64,000 bases of DNA from Alphaproteobacteria bacterium (lineage in GTDB: Bacteria > Pseudomonadota > Alphaproteobacteria > UBA2136 > JAPKEQ01), in the NCBI GenBank assembly GCA_028821995.1, contig JAPKEQ010000001.1, positions 5,620 to 69,619 on the forward strand, written 5' to 3'. A program made the translations under genes and the position numbers. Position 1 is the stretch's first letter, and every line of letters starts with the position of its first letter. Positions 43,755 to 54,991 of this stretch are shown here, piece after piece. The notes below the pieces were generated by a model. The model had not been told where the DNA came from. It ran no database searches and saw only the letters and a program-made list of their open reading frames with translations.

Positions 43755-45845
43755 TTACGCGACTTTTGCGCGACCTTCTTGAACTTCAGCAGTTACATTC
43801 GAAGGTGCTTCGTTGTAATGGCTAAATTCCATTGTGTAGTTCGCACGGCCTTGGCTCATAGAGCGAAGGTTTGTTACGTAACCAAACATGTTAGCAAGTG
43901 GAACTTCAGCAGTAATCACTTTAGCGCCAAACTTATCTTCGTTTCCGCTAATTTGACCACGACGAGAACTTAGGTCACCAATAATGTCACCCATGTAATC
44001 TTCTGGAGTTGTTACTTCAACCTTCATCATTGGCTCAAGGAGAACTGCGCCACACTTTTTCTTCGCGTCACGTACTGCAAGAATACCAGCCATCTTAAAT
44101 GCCGCCTCAGATGAATCGACATCGTGGTAGCTACCATCAAACAGAGTTGCTTTTACGTCAATAAGCGGGTAACCAGCTACAACACCGCCTTTAAGGGCTT
44201 CTTCGATACCTTGGTTAATAGCGTTAAAGTATTCCTTAGGAACAACACCACCAACAATCTTAGATTCGAACTCATAACCTTCACCACGTTCGCGAGGCTC
44301 AAAGTGTACATTTACATGACCGTACTGACCACGTCCACCAGACTGCTTCACGTGCTTACCATCAGCATCACCAGCAACGGTAAATGTTTCACGGTAGGCA
44401 ACTTGAGGCGCACCAACGTTACATTCAACTTTGAATTCACGCTTTAGGCGATCAACCATAATTTCAAGGTGAAGCTCACCAACACCATGGATCAGTGTTT
44501 GGCCAGACTCTTCGTCTGTGTTCACGCGGAAAGATGGATCTTCAGCAACAAGCTTACCAAGAGCAATACCCATTTTCTCCTGAGAATCTTTTGTCTTTGG
44601 CTCAATCGCCATAGAGATTACAGGTTCCATTGGAATAATTGTCTCAAGAATCACTTTTTTGCTCTCGTCGCAAATTGTGTCACCAGTTGTTGTGGCTTTA
44701 AGACCTACAACAGCACCAATTTCACCAGCTACAAGTTCAGTTGCTTCTTCACGCTTGTTTGCATGCATTTTCACAATACGACCAACGCGCTCTTTTTTGC
44801 CTTTAATAGAGTTAAAGACGTAAGAACCGCTCTTAATTGTACCTGTGTAAACACGCACAAATGTTAGCGTACCAACAAATGGGTCAGTTGCAATTTTAAA
44901 TGCTAGAGCTGACATAGGCTCGTTATCTGCAACTTTAAGAAGGATTTCATCGCCGTTGCTCTCAAGGTTAGCCTTAAGCTTCTCTTCAGATACTTCATCA
45001 GGAGAAGGAAGGTAATCTAGAACAGCATCAAGAAGTGTTTGAACACCCTTGTTCTTAAATGCAGTACCACAAAGTACTGGGAAGAAAGCCATGCTTAGAG
45101 TCGCTTTACGAATAAGAACCTTAAGCTCTTCTTCAGTTGGCTCAGTCCCTTCAAGGTAAGCTTCCATAGCAGCGTCATCTTGCTCAACAGCAGCTTCAAC
45201 AAGCTCGCCGCGTAGTTCAAGAGCACGATCCATAAGGTCAGCAGGAACTTCTTCAACTTCATAGTCAGCACCCATGCTCTCATCATTCCAGACAATTGCT
45301 TTCATGCTTACAAGGTCAACAAGACCTTTAAAGTTGTCTTCGGCACCAATTGGCATTTGAATAGGAACAGCTGTCGCGTTTAGGCGATCACGGATCATAT
45401 CAACACCTTGATCAAAATCTGCACCAGTACGGTCCATTTTGTTAATAAAGCAAAGACGAGGTACACCGTAGTTGTTTGCGTGGCGCCAGTTTGTTTCAGA
45501 CTGAGGCTCAACACCACCTACTGAACAAAAGACTGCAACCAAACCATCAAGTACACGTACAGAACGTTTTACTTCAATGTTGAAGTCAACGTGTCCTGGT
45601 GTATCAATAATGTTAATTTGGTAGTCTTTCCAAGAACAAGTTGTTGCAGCAGAGGTAATTGTAATACCACGTTCCTGCTCTTGTTCCATCCAGTCCATAG
45701 TCGCGGCACCATCGTGTACTTCACCAATTTTGTGCTCACGGCCAGTGTAAAATAGAATACGTTCTGTTGTCGTTGTTTTACCAGCATCAACGTGGGCCAT
45801 AATCCCGATGTTTCTGCAATGGTCTAAGGCATATTCACGAGCCAT
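43755..45845 (-). CDS. fusA: Elongation factor G
   Basis: [40 protein letters not shown]. Confidence 0.99.
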   Translation of the reverse strand: MAREYALDHCRNIGIMAHVDAGKTTTTERILFYTGREHKIGEVHDGAATMDWMEQEQERGITITSAATTCSWKDYQINIIDTPGHVDFNIEVKRSVRVLDGLVAVFCSVGGVEPQSETNWRHANNYGVPRLCFINKMDRTGADFDQGVDMIRDRLNATAVPIQMPIGAEDNFKGLVDLVSMKAIVWNDESMGADYEVEEVPADLMDRALELRGELVEAAVEQDDAAMEAYLEGTEPTEEELKVLIRKATLSMAFFPVLCGTAFKNKGVQTLLDAVLDYLPSPDEVSEEKLKANLESNGDEILLKVADNEPMSALAFKIATDPFVGTLTFVRVYTGTIKSGSYVFNSIKGKKERVGRIVKMHANKREEATELVAGEIGAVVGLKATTTGDTICDESKKVILETIIPMEPVISMAIEPKTKDSQEKMGIALGKLVAEDPSFRVNTDEESGQTLIHGVGELHLEIMVDRLKREFKVECNVGAPQVAYRETFTVAGDADGKHVKQSGGRGQYGHVNVHFEPRERGEGYEFESKIVGGVVPKEYFNAINQGIEEALKGGVVAGYPLIDVKATLFDGSYHDVDSSEAAFKMAGILAVRDAKKKCGAVLLEPMMKVEVTTPEDYMGDIIGDLSSRRGQISGNEDKFGAKVITAEVPLANMFGYVTNLRSMSQGRANYTMEFSHYNEAPSNVTAEVQEGRAKVA

Positions 45846-45944
45846 TGTTTTCTCCTTGTGTGCGATTCAATTGCACCGATTATTAAAGATTTTTTTTCTT
45901 AAGTAAAAAGTGGGGCGAGCGCATGCGCCCGCCCCAAAGTTCGG

Positions 45945-46801
<857 letters not shown>

Positions 46802-46977
46802 TATTTTCACCTTTTCTGTTAACTTCAATCACCCATTAGCACCGGCATCATAAAATGATATACCGCATGCACCACCTTTTTTGTGGCGGGTGTCTTTACT
46901 GTTTTTGCTTCAATTAATGCATTGAAAACAATCACTTAACATTTACCCATTTCTAAGCAGAGTAAAGTGATAGAGCT

Positions 46978-47006
46978 CTTATAGAGGAGAGAGGGCCAAT
47001 TGTCAA
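46978..47006 (-). promoter_or_regulatory. str operon promoter
   Basis: TTGACA-17-TATAAG. Confidence 0.7.
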
Positions 47007-47052
47007 GTCTAGCCGCCATATTTTATATAATCTATTCAGAGAGATAAATGGC

Positions 47053-47640
47053 CTAAAAAGAAGGCGCCAGCGCAGAAATCATCACCCAGCTTGCGCCTGG
47101 CGCGCGCTGACAAAACAAACCTCTTGTTTTATGTTGCTGAGCGCCACCTGTGATCAGCACCACAGCATCCCTACATCTGCCACCACTATAATAAGGCTGG
47201 TAAATTGGCGAATTCGGTTTAAATAAGAAATTTTGCACCCCAGCCTTCCAACGCACCTCACCCCCAGGTGGGGTTGTTTCAAGGGCATCCTCAAGGCGTT
47301 TCCTTTGAAGTGCTCCAGAAAAAACAACACCACTACCTAAGCCGCCTTCAGAAGGAACCCACAATGAAAATCCTTGTGCATCGCCCTGTTCTTGCTCCAA
47401 AGGTATAATAGGTTCCACTTGCATATCCGCCTTTGCTTCATCTAATGCAGAAATATAAGAGTGAACAATGCCAGCACTTTCAGGTGTTACAGCCTCTTCG
47501 CGGCCCGCGCTTACATATGGCTGAGCAAGAGGATGGTTGCTTGAGTAGCGATGACCATTATCATTATAAGAATAGTAATGCCCACAAGCTGACAAGGTAG
47601 CAGCAAGACTAACTATTGGAATGAGCGTTAAAAATTTCAT
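47053..47640 (-). CDS. Hypothetical lipoprotein
   Basis: Lipobox LSAC; C-terminal CRD...CQR..W resembling surface-antigen-type domains. Confidence 0.75.
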   Translation of the reverse strand: MKFLTLIPIVSLAATLSACGHYYSYNDNGHRYSSNHPLAQPYVSAGREEAVTPESAGIVHSYISALDEAKADMQVEPIIPLEQEQGDAQGFSLWVPSEGGLGSGVVFSGALQRKRLEDALETTPPGGEVRWKAGVQNFLFKPNSPIYQPYYSGGRCRDAVVLITGGAQQHKTRGLFCQRAPGASWVMISALAPSF

Positions 47641-47772
47641 ACCCGCTAGTTTAACAAAAAAAATTTATTTCGCTACCCTTCTCTTGCACAATGAACAAAA
47701 ACACCCTACAGTTTATGTATACACTAAACTTCTCTTACCTTCCTCTCCCCCTTACCATAAGGAGTCTCTCCT

Positions 47773-48168
47773 ATGATTGCTCACTATACCCGCGTGGCAA
47801 TCGAACACGCCCAAATTCTCAACACATTCTCCGATTGCGACCTTAAACTCAGGTTTATAGAAGGCACAAAACCGCCATACCTTGAACTCTCCCTTGATGG
47901 CCGCTGCGTTGAAAAACGCTTATTGCCAGACCTTAATGCTGTAAGCGTTCAGGACCTTATCGGCAAACAGATCTGGATTGCCATCATAAACGAAGCTGGA
48001 GAGCAAATTGGTTGCCGTGGCTGGGAATATATTCGCCCTTACAAAGAAGGCGACAACATCAATAATATTCAAAGGTTGCCACTCCCCAAACCAACATCCA
48101 ACTGGGAACTCCTTGCGCGCATATCGCAAAACCTTCGCAATAGAGGCCCTCAGCCTCCCCTCCATTAA
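47773..48168 (+). CDS. Hypothetical protein (accessory unit)
   Basis: TTGCAC-17-TACAGT, pyrimidine leader, TAAGGAG SD, TAATCGA end, terminator. Confidence 0.68.
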   Translation: MIAHYTRVAIEHAQILNTFSDCDLKLRFIEGTKPPYLELSLDGRCVEKRLLPDLNAVSVQDLIGKQIWIAIINEAGEQIGCRGWEYIRPYKEGDNINNIQRLPLPKPTSNWELLARISQNLRNRGPQPPLH

Positions 48169-48191
48169 TCGATTTCAAAAAAATGCATCCG

Positions 48192-48989
48192 TTACGGGCG
48201 CATTTTTTTTTGCAGAACCTCATAGGCTGCATTGATTTCAGCAATCTTGATTTCTGCTTTTTGAATTTGCTTTTCACCTTTACCTGCTGCACGCACCTTA
48301 TCTGGATGGTATTGGTGAGCCAGTTTCCTGTAAGCTTTTTTAAGGTCAGAGGCCGAAACACTCTGCTTCACCCCTAAAACAGCATAAGGACTTTTATTCC
48401 CATACGCGCGCGTTACGAGCGGATCGTCCTCAACATCTCTCTCTTTTTTCTCAGAGGATTTTGTCGTTTTTTTAGAAGCATGCCCGCCCTTAGTCTTTAC
48501 ATCAGCCCAGTTTACAGAAGGAAGGCCAAAGGTTTTTAAAAGCTCCTCAACCCTTGCCCTTCCAGCACTGCCTTGTAACACTCCAAGCTGAACAGCTACG
48601 CCCCCAACAATAGCAAGCATGTAAGGGTCAGCGTCGCAAGAGGTCTTCATATCATCAACAAGTGCAGAAAAATTCCTATGGCTCTTTTTTGCTTGCCGCA
48701 TAATACGGTTCGCGACAGATTTATCCTTTGCTGAAATGTAGACACCAGCCTGAATTGCTTGCAGGTCTGCCTGCGTTACACGCCCTTTAGCTTTTGCTAT
48801 AAAAGTTAATATCTGCAAAAAATGCACAGAAAACTCTTGCATCCAAAAAGATTCTTTAGCTTTTTTAAGCTGGCGTTTCAAATATAATTCATCCACCAAA
48901 ATACCAAAAATCAAGCCAATTAGCACACCTTGCGGAAACCAATCCACCATTAAACCAGCAAATACCCCAACAGCTTTCCCTGCAATCAC
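48192..48989 (-). CDS. djlA: DjlA-like co-chaperone (TM, TerB-like and J domains)
   Basis: N-terminal TM, AKAKGRVT, YAVLG...YRKLAHQYHPDK...INAAY. Confidence 0.85.
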   Translation of the reverse strand: MIAGKAVGVFAGLMVDWFPQGVLIGLIFGILVDELYLKRQLKKAKESFWMQEFSVHFLQILTFIAKAKGRVTQADLQAIQAGVYISAKDKSVANRIMRQAKKSHRNFSALVDDMKTSCDADPYMLAIVGGVAVQLGVLQGSAGRARVEELLKTFGLPSVNWADVKTKGGHASKKTTKSSEKKERDVEDDPLVTRAYGNKSPYAVLGVKQSVSASDLKKAYRKLAHQYHPDKVRAAGKGEKQIQKAEIKIAEINAAYEVLQKKMRP

Positions 48990-49111
48990 TCTTAAAAAAC
49001 TCTCTTTTTTAACTTAAATCCATTTCAAGGAGTCATGAAACTTGACGTTCACTCAAGCACGCGTTTATTATGCACGAAGGTACAGACATTTTAAGAAAAA
49101 AGGTAAAATTC

Positions 49112-49645
49112 ATGTCCCCTTCTACACGCGCATTTATGGTTTTGGTCCTTATTGCTGATTTTTTTGCCATTATTTATTTTGGCGGACACTTTGTTATTAC
49201 GGGTGCCGTCCTGCCACATAACGCTCATGCGGAAGAAAACATGATTGCCAAAGCCGAAGACCCTGGCAGCAGCGCTGACCACGGTATAAAGGTTGCTGAA
49301 GTCGCGCCTTTTGATATTCATACATTTGAAGCTGACGCTGCCAAAGGCGCTAAAATTTCTGGTAAATGTAAAGCTTGTCACAGCTTTAACAGCGGTGGTA
49401 AAAACTCAATTGGCCCGAACCTATGGGGTATTTTCAATTCACCTATTATGAATAATAGTACATTTTCTTACAGTGCGGCCTTCCAAGGTAAAAAAGGAGA
49501 GCTCGTCTGGGATAAAGATGCCCTTAATGACTACCTTAAAAATCCCAAGAAATATATTAAGGGTACAAAAATGGCCTTTCCTGGTATCAGAAAAGATGCA
49601 GATCGTGCCCATCTCATTGCATGGCTTGAGACACTGTCAGAATAA
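49112..49645 (+). CDS. Membrane-anchored cytochrome c2/cM
   Basis: CKACH, GPNLWG, GTKMAFPG. Confidence 0.93.
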   Translation: MSPSTRAFMVLVLIADFFAIIYFGGHFVITGAVLPHNAHAEENMIAKAEDPGSSADHGIKVAEVAPFDIHTFEADAAKGAKISGKCKACHSFNSGGKNSIGPNLWGIFNSPIMNNSTFSYSAAFQGKKGELVWDKDALNDYLKNPKKYIKGTKMAFPGIRKDADRAHLIAWLETLSE

Positions 49646-49831
49646 CCCCCTGACATAAAACAGGAAAAGGAATGTAACGACTCGTTACATTCCTTTTTTA
49701 TTTGCAAAACTATCACACAACATTGTTTTAATTGGTTTTTTTATTGGCTACATGTCTTTTTTTACTACATGTCAGTTACAATTAGAATGTAACGTCATAA
49801 TACAATGCAACTTATCGACTGGAGAAAAATT

Positions 49832-50401
49832 ATGTTGAGTTTAAAAAAATTTAAAAATCAAAAAGGTGCCATGTTTGGTCTAGATGCCCGTGTCGCCCTT
49901 GCAATTTTTGGTGGTCTTTCTGTTATTGCGGGTGCCGCAGTATTTAGTAGTATTAGTGAAACGCGTGTAACGTCACTTATCACAGAGTTTGATAACGTTT
50001 CAAAAGGTTACATCAACTACGTATTTGATACAGGTGTTGATACACTCACTTTTGACGACATGCTCGCTGACCCAGGTAACCCTGTTGTTGGTTGGTCTGG
50101 CCCATACCTAACAGTAGCCAGTGACAACCAAACAACATACGGCACTTACAGCTATGACGAAGGTCCGGATTCTGCTGGCGCAGACCCTACAAGTAACGCT
50201 TGCGCCACAATTTGCTATGTATGGCTAGAGCTTACTGGCGTTCCAACATCAATTGCCATTAGCGTTGATAACGCTATTGATGGAGATGATACACCTATAA
50301 CAGGTACACCAACAGCAGGTAATTTCCGATTCGTAGATACTGCAGGAACATCTGTAACACGCTTTAAACTATCTCGTTGCCAAACTGCAACCTGCGCATA
50401 A
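49832..50401 (+). CDS. Putative major type IV pilin-like protein with atypical class III signal peptide
   Basis: Basic leader KKFKNQKGA then hydrophobic MFGLDARVALAIFGGLSVIAG; Cys pairs; followed by terminator 50444-50476. Confidence 0.8.
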   Translation: MLSLKKFKNQKGAMFGLDARVALAIFGGLSVIAGAAVFSSISETRVTSLITEFDNVSKGYINYVFDTGVDTLTFDDMLADPGNPVVGWSGPYLTVASDNQTTYGTYSYDEGPDSAGADPTSNACATICYVWLELTGVPTSIAISVDNAIDGDDTPITGTPTAGNFRFVDTAGTSVTRFKLSRCQTATCA

Positions 50402-50560
50402 TTTAAGCCTACCGCTTAAATTTGTGCTTATTTAGCAACGGCGAAAACGGCCTCGTAACATATGCGAGGCCGTTTTCATGTCTAATACACAGAGAAAGGT
50501 TGAGTTCTGCCCCTCTTCTTTGCCATAATGGAATATAAGAAAAAGAAAGCGATGTAATAG

Positions 50561-52258
50561 ATGGACATTGTCGATCTCATGATCAGTGATCAGGTGATCA
50601 ACATAGCAGACCTACAAGGTCTGCCTGTTACTGTGCAAAAAGATCCGGAACAACTTATTGATGCCCTTGGTAAGGCCGGTAAGCTTTCTGAGATGCAACA
50701 GTCTCGTTACAAAGCTATCGCTTATGATTACCCTGTCAGAACAGACGAAGAAATGTCCCGCACCACACCTCACCAAGTGGACGGGGTCAACGCTGACTTT
50801 ATGAATTTTTATACGGCCTGCCCTATTGAACTTGGGCGCGGTGCGATCACTTGGGCTTCCGCAGATTTACCAAACAAACGTCTACTGAGCGAAATTGTAC
50901 TCAGGCACCGTAAAAACAGGCACCAATTTGTATGGGCTTCTGCAAAGTCTATTGAATCTGCAATTGAGCGCATGTCTAAGCGTGAAGGGCACTCTCTCAA
51001 ATTCCTTGTAGAAACTGCCTATGCACAAATTAACGCGGGTAATGATGATGCAATTGTCCACCTTACTGATGAAATCATCAGAACAGCTTACAAAAACAAC
51101 GCATCAGATCTACACATTGAAATCTTGAACCGTAAACCTACGGTTATGGCGCGTATTGATGGTGAACTTGAAGAACTTGTACCGCTTCCTATTGAAGTTT
51201 ACGAGCGTGTTGTTGGTCGCTTACGTCACATGGCCGGTGTACGTGCTGAAAACTATAAAAAACCGCTCTACGGACGTATGACATTTGAACTTTCTGCTCG
51301 CCAGCATATTGATATTCGTTATACAACGCAGCCAATTACCCTTGAGAGCACGGCAAAAATTGCAATGCGTTTCCTAAAACCGTTTGAAGGTAGTATTGAT
51401 AACTTCGGTTGGCGTAAAGACAGTATTGGCAGGCTTGATGTTCTTATGCGCTTTGAGGAGGGATGTATTATTTTTGCAGGACCTACGGGTTCTGGTAAAT
51501 CAACAGGCGCACGTATGATTATTCGTCGCGGTCAACGCCCGGGTCAAAACGTAATTTCATACGAAAAGCAAATTGAGGAACGTATGGATAACGTAATCCA
51601 AACGGAAGAAGACCTTAGTGCAGGACTAAACCTTGAATCCTTCATGTATGCTGCACTTGGTCTTGACCCTGATGTTCTCTTTATTGGTGAGGTACGTAGC
51701 CCAGAAGATACGCGCCGATGCATTGATGCAGGTAACCTTGGTCACCTTGTTATTACAACCATGCACGCCAACGACACATTTATGACCCTTGACCGTCTTG
51801 TGCAGCGCGGTGTGCCTGTGGAGCAAATTTTCTCTAATGTTCGCGGCATTATCGCCCAAAGGCTCGTTAAAAGGCTCTGCAACAAATGTAAAGTTCCACT
51901 TGAACTTGATGCTGAATTTACGGAACAGCTGAATAGTTTACGCCCCCTTGATTTTAAAGAGGGTGACGTTATTTATAAAGCCAATGTTAATGGTTGTGAA
52001 CATTGCCGCCATAGAGGGTATATTGGCCGTATTGCTATCGAAGAAATTTTAGAGTTATGGCGTAAAGATATTACCCGCAACATTTGGACAAGCACAGCGC
52101 TTAGACCTGATTGGATTGATATTATCCGTAAGCAAGCTGTAGAAATTGGAATGCCTGATATGCTGACGCAGGGTATTTCTCAAGTAAAAACTGGGGTAAC
52201 ATCCCTTGAAGAACTAGAAAGATTTTTCAGTGCAGATTTGGAAACAATTCAGTCGTGA
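50561..52258 (+). CDS. PilB/GspE-family assembly ATPase
   Basis: ASDLHIE, GPTGSGKST, DPDVLFIGEVR, GHLVITTMH, AQRLVKRLC, two CxxC. Confidence 0.93.
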   Translation: MDIVDLMISDQVINIADLQGLPVTVQKDPEQLIDALGKAGKLSEMQQSRYKAIAYDYPVRTDEEMSRTTPHQVDGVNADFMNFYTACPIELGRGAITWASADLPNKRLLSEIVLRHRKNRHQFVWASAKSIESAIERMSKREGHSLKFLVETAYAQINAGNDDAIVHLTDEIIRTAYKNNASDLHIEILNRKPTVMARIDGELEELVPLPIEVYERVVGRLRHMAGVRAENYKKPLYGRMTFELSARQHIDIRYTTQPITLESTAKIAMRFLKPFEGSIDNFGWRKDSIGRLDVLMRFEEGCIIFAGPTGSGKSTGARMIIRRGQRPGQNVISYEKQIEERMDNVIQTEEDLSAGLNLESFMYAALGLDPDVLFIGEVRSPEDTRRCIDAGNLGHLVITTMHANDTFMTLDRLVQRGVPVEQIFSNVRGIIAQRLVKRLCNKCKVPLELDAEFTEQLNSLRPLDFKEGDVIYKANVNGCEHCRHRGYIGRIAIEEILELWRKDITRNIWTSTALRPDWIDIIRKQAVEIGMPDMLTQGISQVKTGVTSLEELERFFSADLETIQS

Positions 52259-53324
52259 TGCTTTAGGCCCTCGGGTCACGGAAATGCGTGCACGCGACCG
52301 TGAACGCATGTTTTTCCTTATGTATCAAATGCTTAAATGTGGTCAAACCACAGAGTCAGCTGTGCGTGCCGTTGCAAAATCTTTTAGATCAGAAGGTAAA
52401 GAGGATATCTCTGCTGCACTTCATGCTATTGCTCAAAAAGTTGCCCAAGGAAAGCCTATGAGTAAATCCATGGAAATGGAATATGTTATGTTTGACGATG
52501 TTCACCGCGCCGCTGTTATGGCAGGGGAAGCCTCAAACTACATGACAGAATCTTTTCATATTTTACAAGTTTTAGAGGATAAAAAAATTGCAGCTTCGCG
52601 CGCTGGGTTGGCTGAACTCCTCACACCTATGCTTATGCTTTGCTTCAGTTTATTTTCTATTTTTAATACAGGCCTTAACACACTGCCTGTCCTTACACAG
52701 CTAAAAACTGCCCAAGGAAAAAAACTTGGCGTAGCACCACGCATGGTTATGGATATGACTGGTTGGTGCGCAGAGCACTGGCATATCCTCCTTGCAATCG
52801 GAATTACCCTTGCTGTGACAGCTTATGCAGGTATCAAATCAACCCAAGGACGATTCTGGTTAGATTACTACACCCTCCGCGTCCCTCTTATGGGTAAGTT
52901 TATCCGCTATAAAACCTATGCAAACATGCTGCTTTATTTTCCGCACCTTGTAGAAAGTGGCGTAAAACCAAAACAAATGATTCCAATCATGGAAGCCATG
53001 TCGACGAATATTGTGCTACGCCGTAAAATTGATGCTTTTAACCAAGTTATTACCACAGGTGGTAAAATGTCTGACGCTATGGAAAAAGCTGGATTCCCTG
53101 GCCTGATTGTAACGCCTATTCGTGTATCAGAAAATTATGCTGGTAGTGATACAGGGACCAACGATGTTATGATTGAAGGTATGAACCATGCTTACTCTAT
53201 CTTAGAACGAGACCTAACTGATACGCACAAACGCTTTATTGGCACGTTCTCGGTTATTTTATGGTTAATGGGTGGTGGCGTCATGCTACTTGAGATGATG
53301 TCAATTGTACTTGCACAGTCGTAG
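52230..53324 (+). CDS. PilC/GspF-family platform protein
   Basis: AQGKPMSKSM, AGEAS, LRVPLMGK, two-repeat architecture; start uncertain. Confidence 0.85.
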   Translation: MQIWKQFSRDALGPRVTEMRARDRERMFFLMYQMLKCGQTTESAVRAVAKSFRSEGKEDISAALHAIAQKVAQGKPMSKSMEMEYVMFDDVHRAAVMAGEASNYMTESFHILQVLEDKKIAASRAGLAELLTPMLMLCFSLFSIFNTGLNTLPVLTQLKTAQGKKLGVAPRMVMDMTGWCAEHWHILLAIGITLAVTAYAGIKSTQGRFWLDYYTLRVPLMGKFIRYKTYANMLLYFPHLVESGVKPKQMIPIMEAMSTNIVLRRKIDAFNQVITTGGKMSDAMEKAGFPGLIVTPIRVSENYAGSDTGTNDVMIEGMNHAYSILERDLTDTHKRFIGTFSVILWLMGGGVMLLEMMSIVLAQS

Positions 53325-53336
53325 GAGAAAAAAAGC

Positions 53337-54497
53337 ATGCCTATGATTAAAAGCCTTCTCGGACAACAGTTTAAAAACATCTGTTTTACTGGTTTGAACC
53401 GTGTGGAATACTTACCTGATGGGTCTGACCAGCCTATTTTTGGGGATAGTTGGCAAGACGTATCTGATGATCAAGCTCGCCGTACAATGTGCCTCGCATT
53501 TTTTGCACCAAGAGATCTTTCAGGTGAACCTGTTGATCCCGCATCAATTCTTATTGAGAATTACTCTGATGAGGACGTTCCTGATGCTATAGCAGCAGAA
53601 AGCATTAAACATATTCCTCTTATGGATTATTGCCGTATGCCACCAGCTGACTCAAACACCGTAAACTTTATTGTTGTGGCAGATGTCATCTTCCATTGGG
53701 ATATTAAAGATAACTACTTGCAGCCCACATCCCAGCTTACATGGGTACAAGATATTAAGGCCATTTTAAAATCTTACCCAAGGAGTTACACTAAAAACGT
53801 TTATACTAACTGGCAAAAAGATAAGCTTGAAGAGCTTCGCGTTAATGTTCTTCCGCTGAGAGAATCTCCTGTTTTTAGTGAAGTTTGGCTTAACATGCCA
53901 TCCTTTCAAGAAAAACACGGTAATATTATGCTAACCTTAGGTATCTTGGTATCTCTTGTAGCCTTTGCAATCACCTACATGCAAGATATGAAGATCAAAG
54001 AACTGCAAGATCAAAAAAGATCTGTCGTTACCTCTATGCCATCAGGGCAAAACTATTCTGTCCTCTCAAATCTGATCCGCACGCAACAGCAAAACATGTC
54101 CTATAGAGAGTATTTCCCATTCATACTAAAAGATATTTCGTACGCCATCCAATATTCAGGTATGAAAATTGATTCATTTGAATTAGAGGTCCCAAACCCT
54201 CAGGAAGCGCCTAAAAATCTCCTGCTGACAATTAATGCCAATAGCGATGCTTATGATGGATGGCTTGAGGAAGAGCCTGTGGCCAAATCATTCCTTGCAC
54301 TTAGCAGTACTGTTCAAGCTGTAAGGCGTCAACCTGGAAGCAAGAAAATGAAACTTGAAGGTATTATTCCCCTCATGTCTGCCATAAAAGAGATTCACCC
54401 TTACTTGCAGGAAGCAAGAAAGACAAGAGCCATTGGCAACCGTACTCTTGGTAATACCTCAGAGGAAAAAAACAAAGAGACTGGAGATGACTCATGA
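53337..54497 (+). CDS. Bitopic alignment protein (GspL/PilMN-like by position)
   Basis: Single central TM plus coiled coil; operon position. Confidence 0.6.
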   Translation: MPMIKSLLGQQFKNICFTGLNRVEYLPDGSDQPIFGDSWQDVSDDQARRTMCLAFFAPRDLSGEPVDPASILIENYSDEDVPDAIAAESIKHIPLMDYCRMPPADSNTVNFIVVADVIFHWDIKDNYLQPTSQLTWVQDIKAILKSYPRSYTKNVYTNWQKDKLEELRVNVLPLRESPVFSEVWLNMPSFQEKHGNIMLTLGILVSLVAFAITYMQDMKIKELQDQKRSVVTSMPSGQNYSVLSNLIRTQQQNMSYREYFPFILKDISYAIQYSGMKIDSFELEVPNPQEAPKNLLLTINANSDAYDGWLEEEPVAKSFLALSSTVQAVRRQPGSKKMKLEGIIPLMSAIKEIHPYLQEARKTRAIGNRTLGNTSEEKNKETGDDS

Positions 54498-54991
54498 TTC
54501 AGTTTACAATAGGCCTTGCACTTTTTGCTTTTGCCGCAATTCTTGGCACTTTTAAATCGTTTGAAAACGTGGATAAAATTCAAGTGACCCAAAATAGCTT
54601 GCAAAGCTCCATGAGGGATAGAGATCGCATCCTAAAAATCCAAACGGATATTCAAAAAGCAGTACGTGAAACACTTGAAGCAGGACAGGATCAGAAAAAC
54701 AATATTGAACGATTGTTTAACCTTGCTGAAAGAGATTTAGAGTTTAGCTTCATTGGTCAGCCGACTCAAAACCCCGCTGCACCGGGAATTTTTTATCACA
54801 CCTACAGAATTACCGGCATTGAAACCTATTCTAAAATTTCAGAACTACTAACCCTTATCGCTTCAACTCCAGGGTTTTCTGTGTATAAAACATGTTTTAA
54901 CTGCTCAAGAGTAAGCCGCGAGCTCAAGCCTGGCCACCACATGATTACAATAGAAGGGCATCTATATGTTCATAACCCACGCCAGATTTAA
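54494..54991 (+). CDS. Bitopic protein (GspM/PilO-like by position)
   Basis: N-terminal TM, coiled coil, ATGA overlap. Confidence 0.55.
   Translation: MIQFTIGLALFAFAAILGTFKSFENVDKIQVTQNSLQSSMRDRDRILKIQTDIQKAVRETLEAGQDQKNNIERLFNLAERDLEFSFIGQPTQNPAAPGIFYHTYRITGIETYSKISELLTLIASTPGFSVYKTCFNCSRVSRELKPGHHMITIEGHLYVHNPRQI

Noticed and set aside
45560..45610. EF-G switch II variant (DFNIEVKRS) as an antibiotic-resistance or inactive allele
   Set aside because: All G motifs are intact and the gene is in the str operon; no basis to assign a phenotype without an alignment
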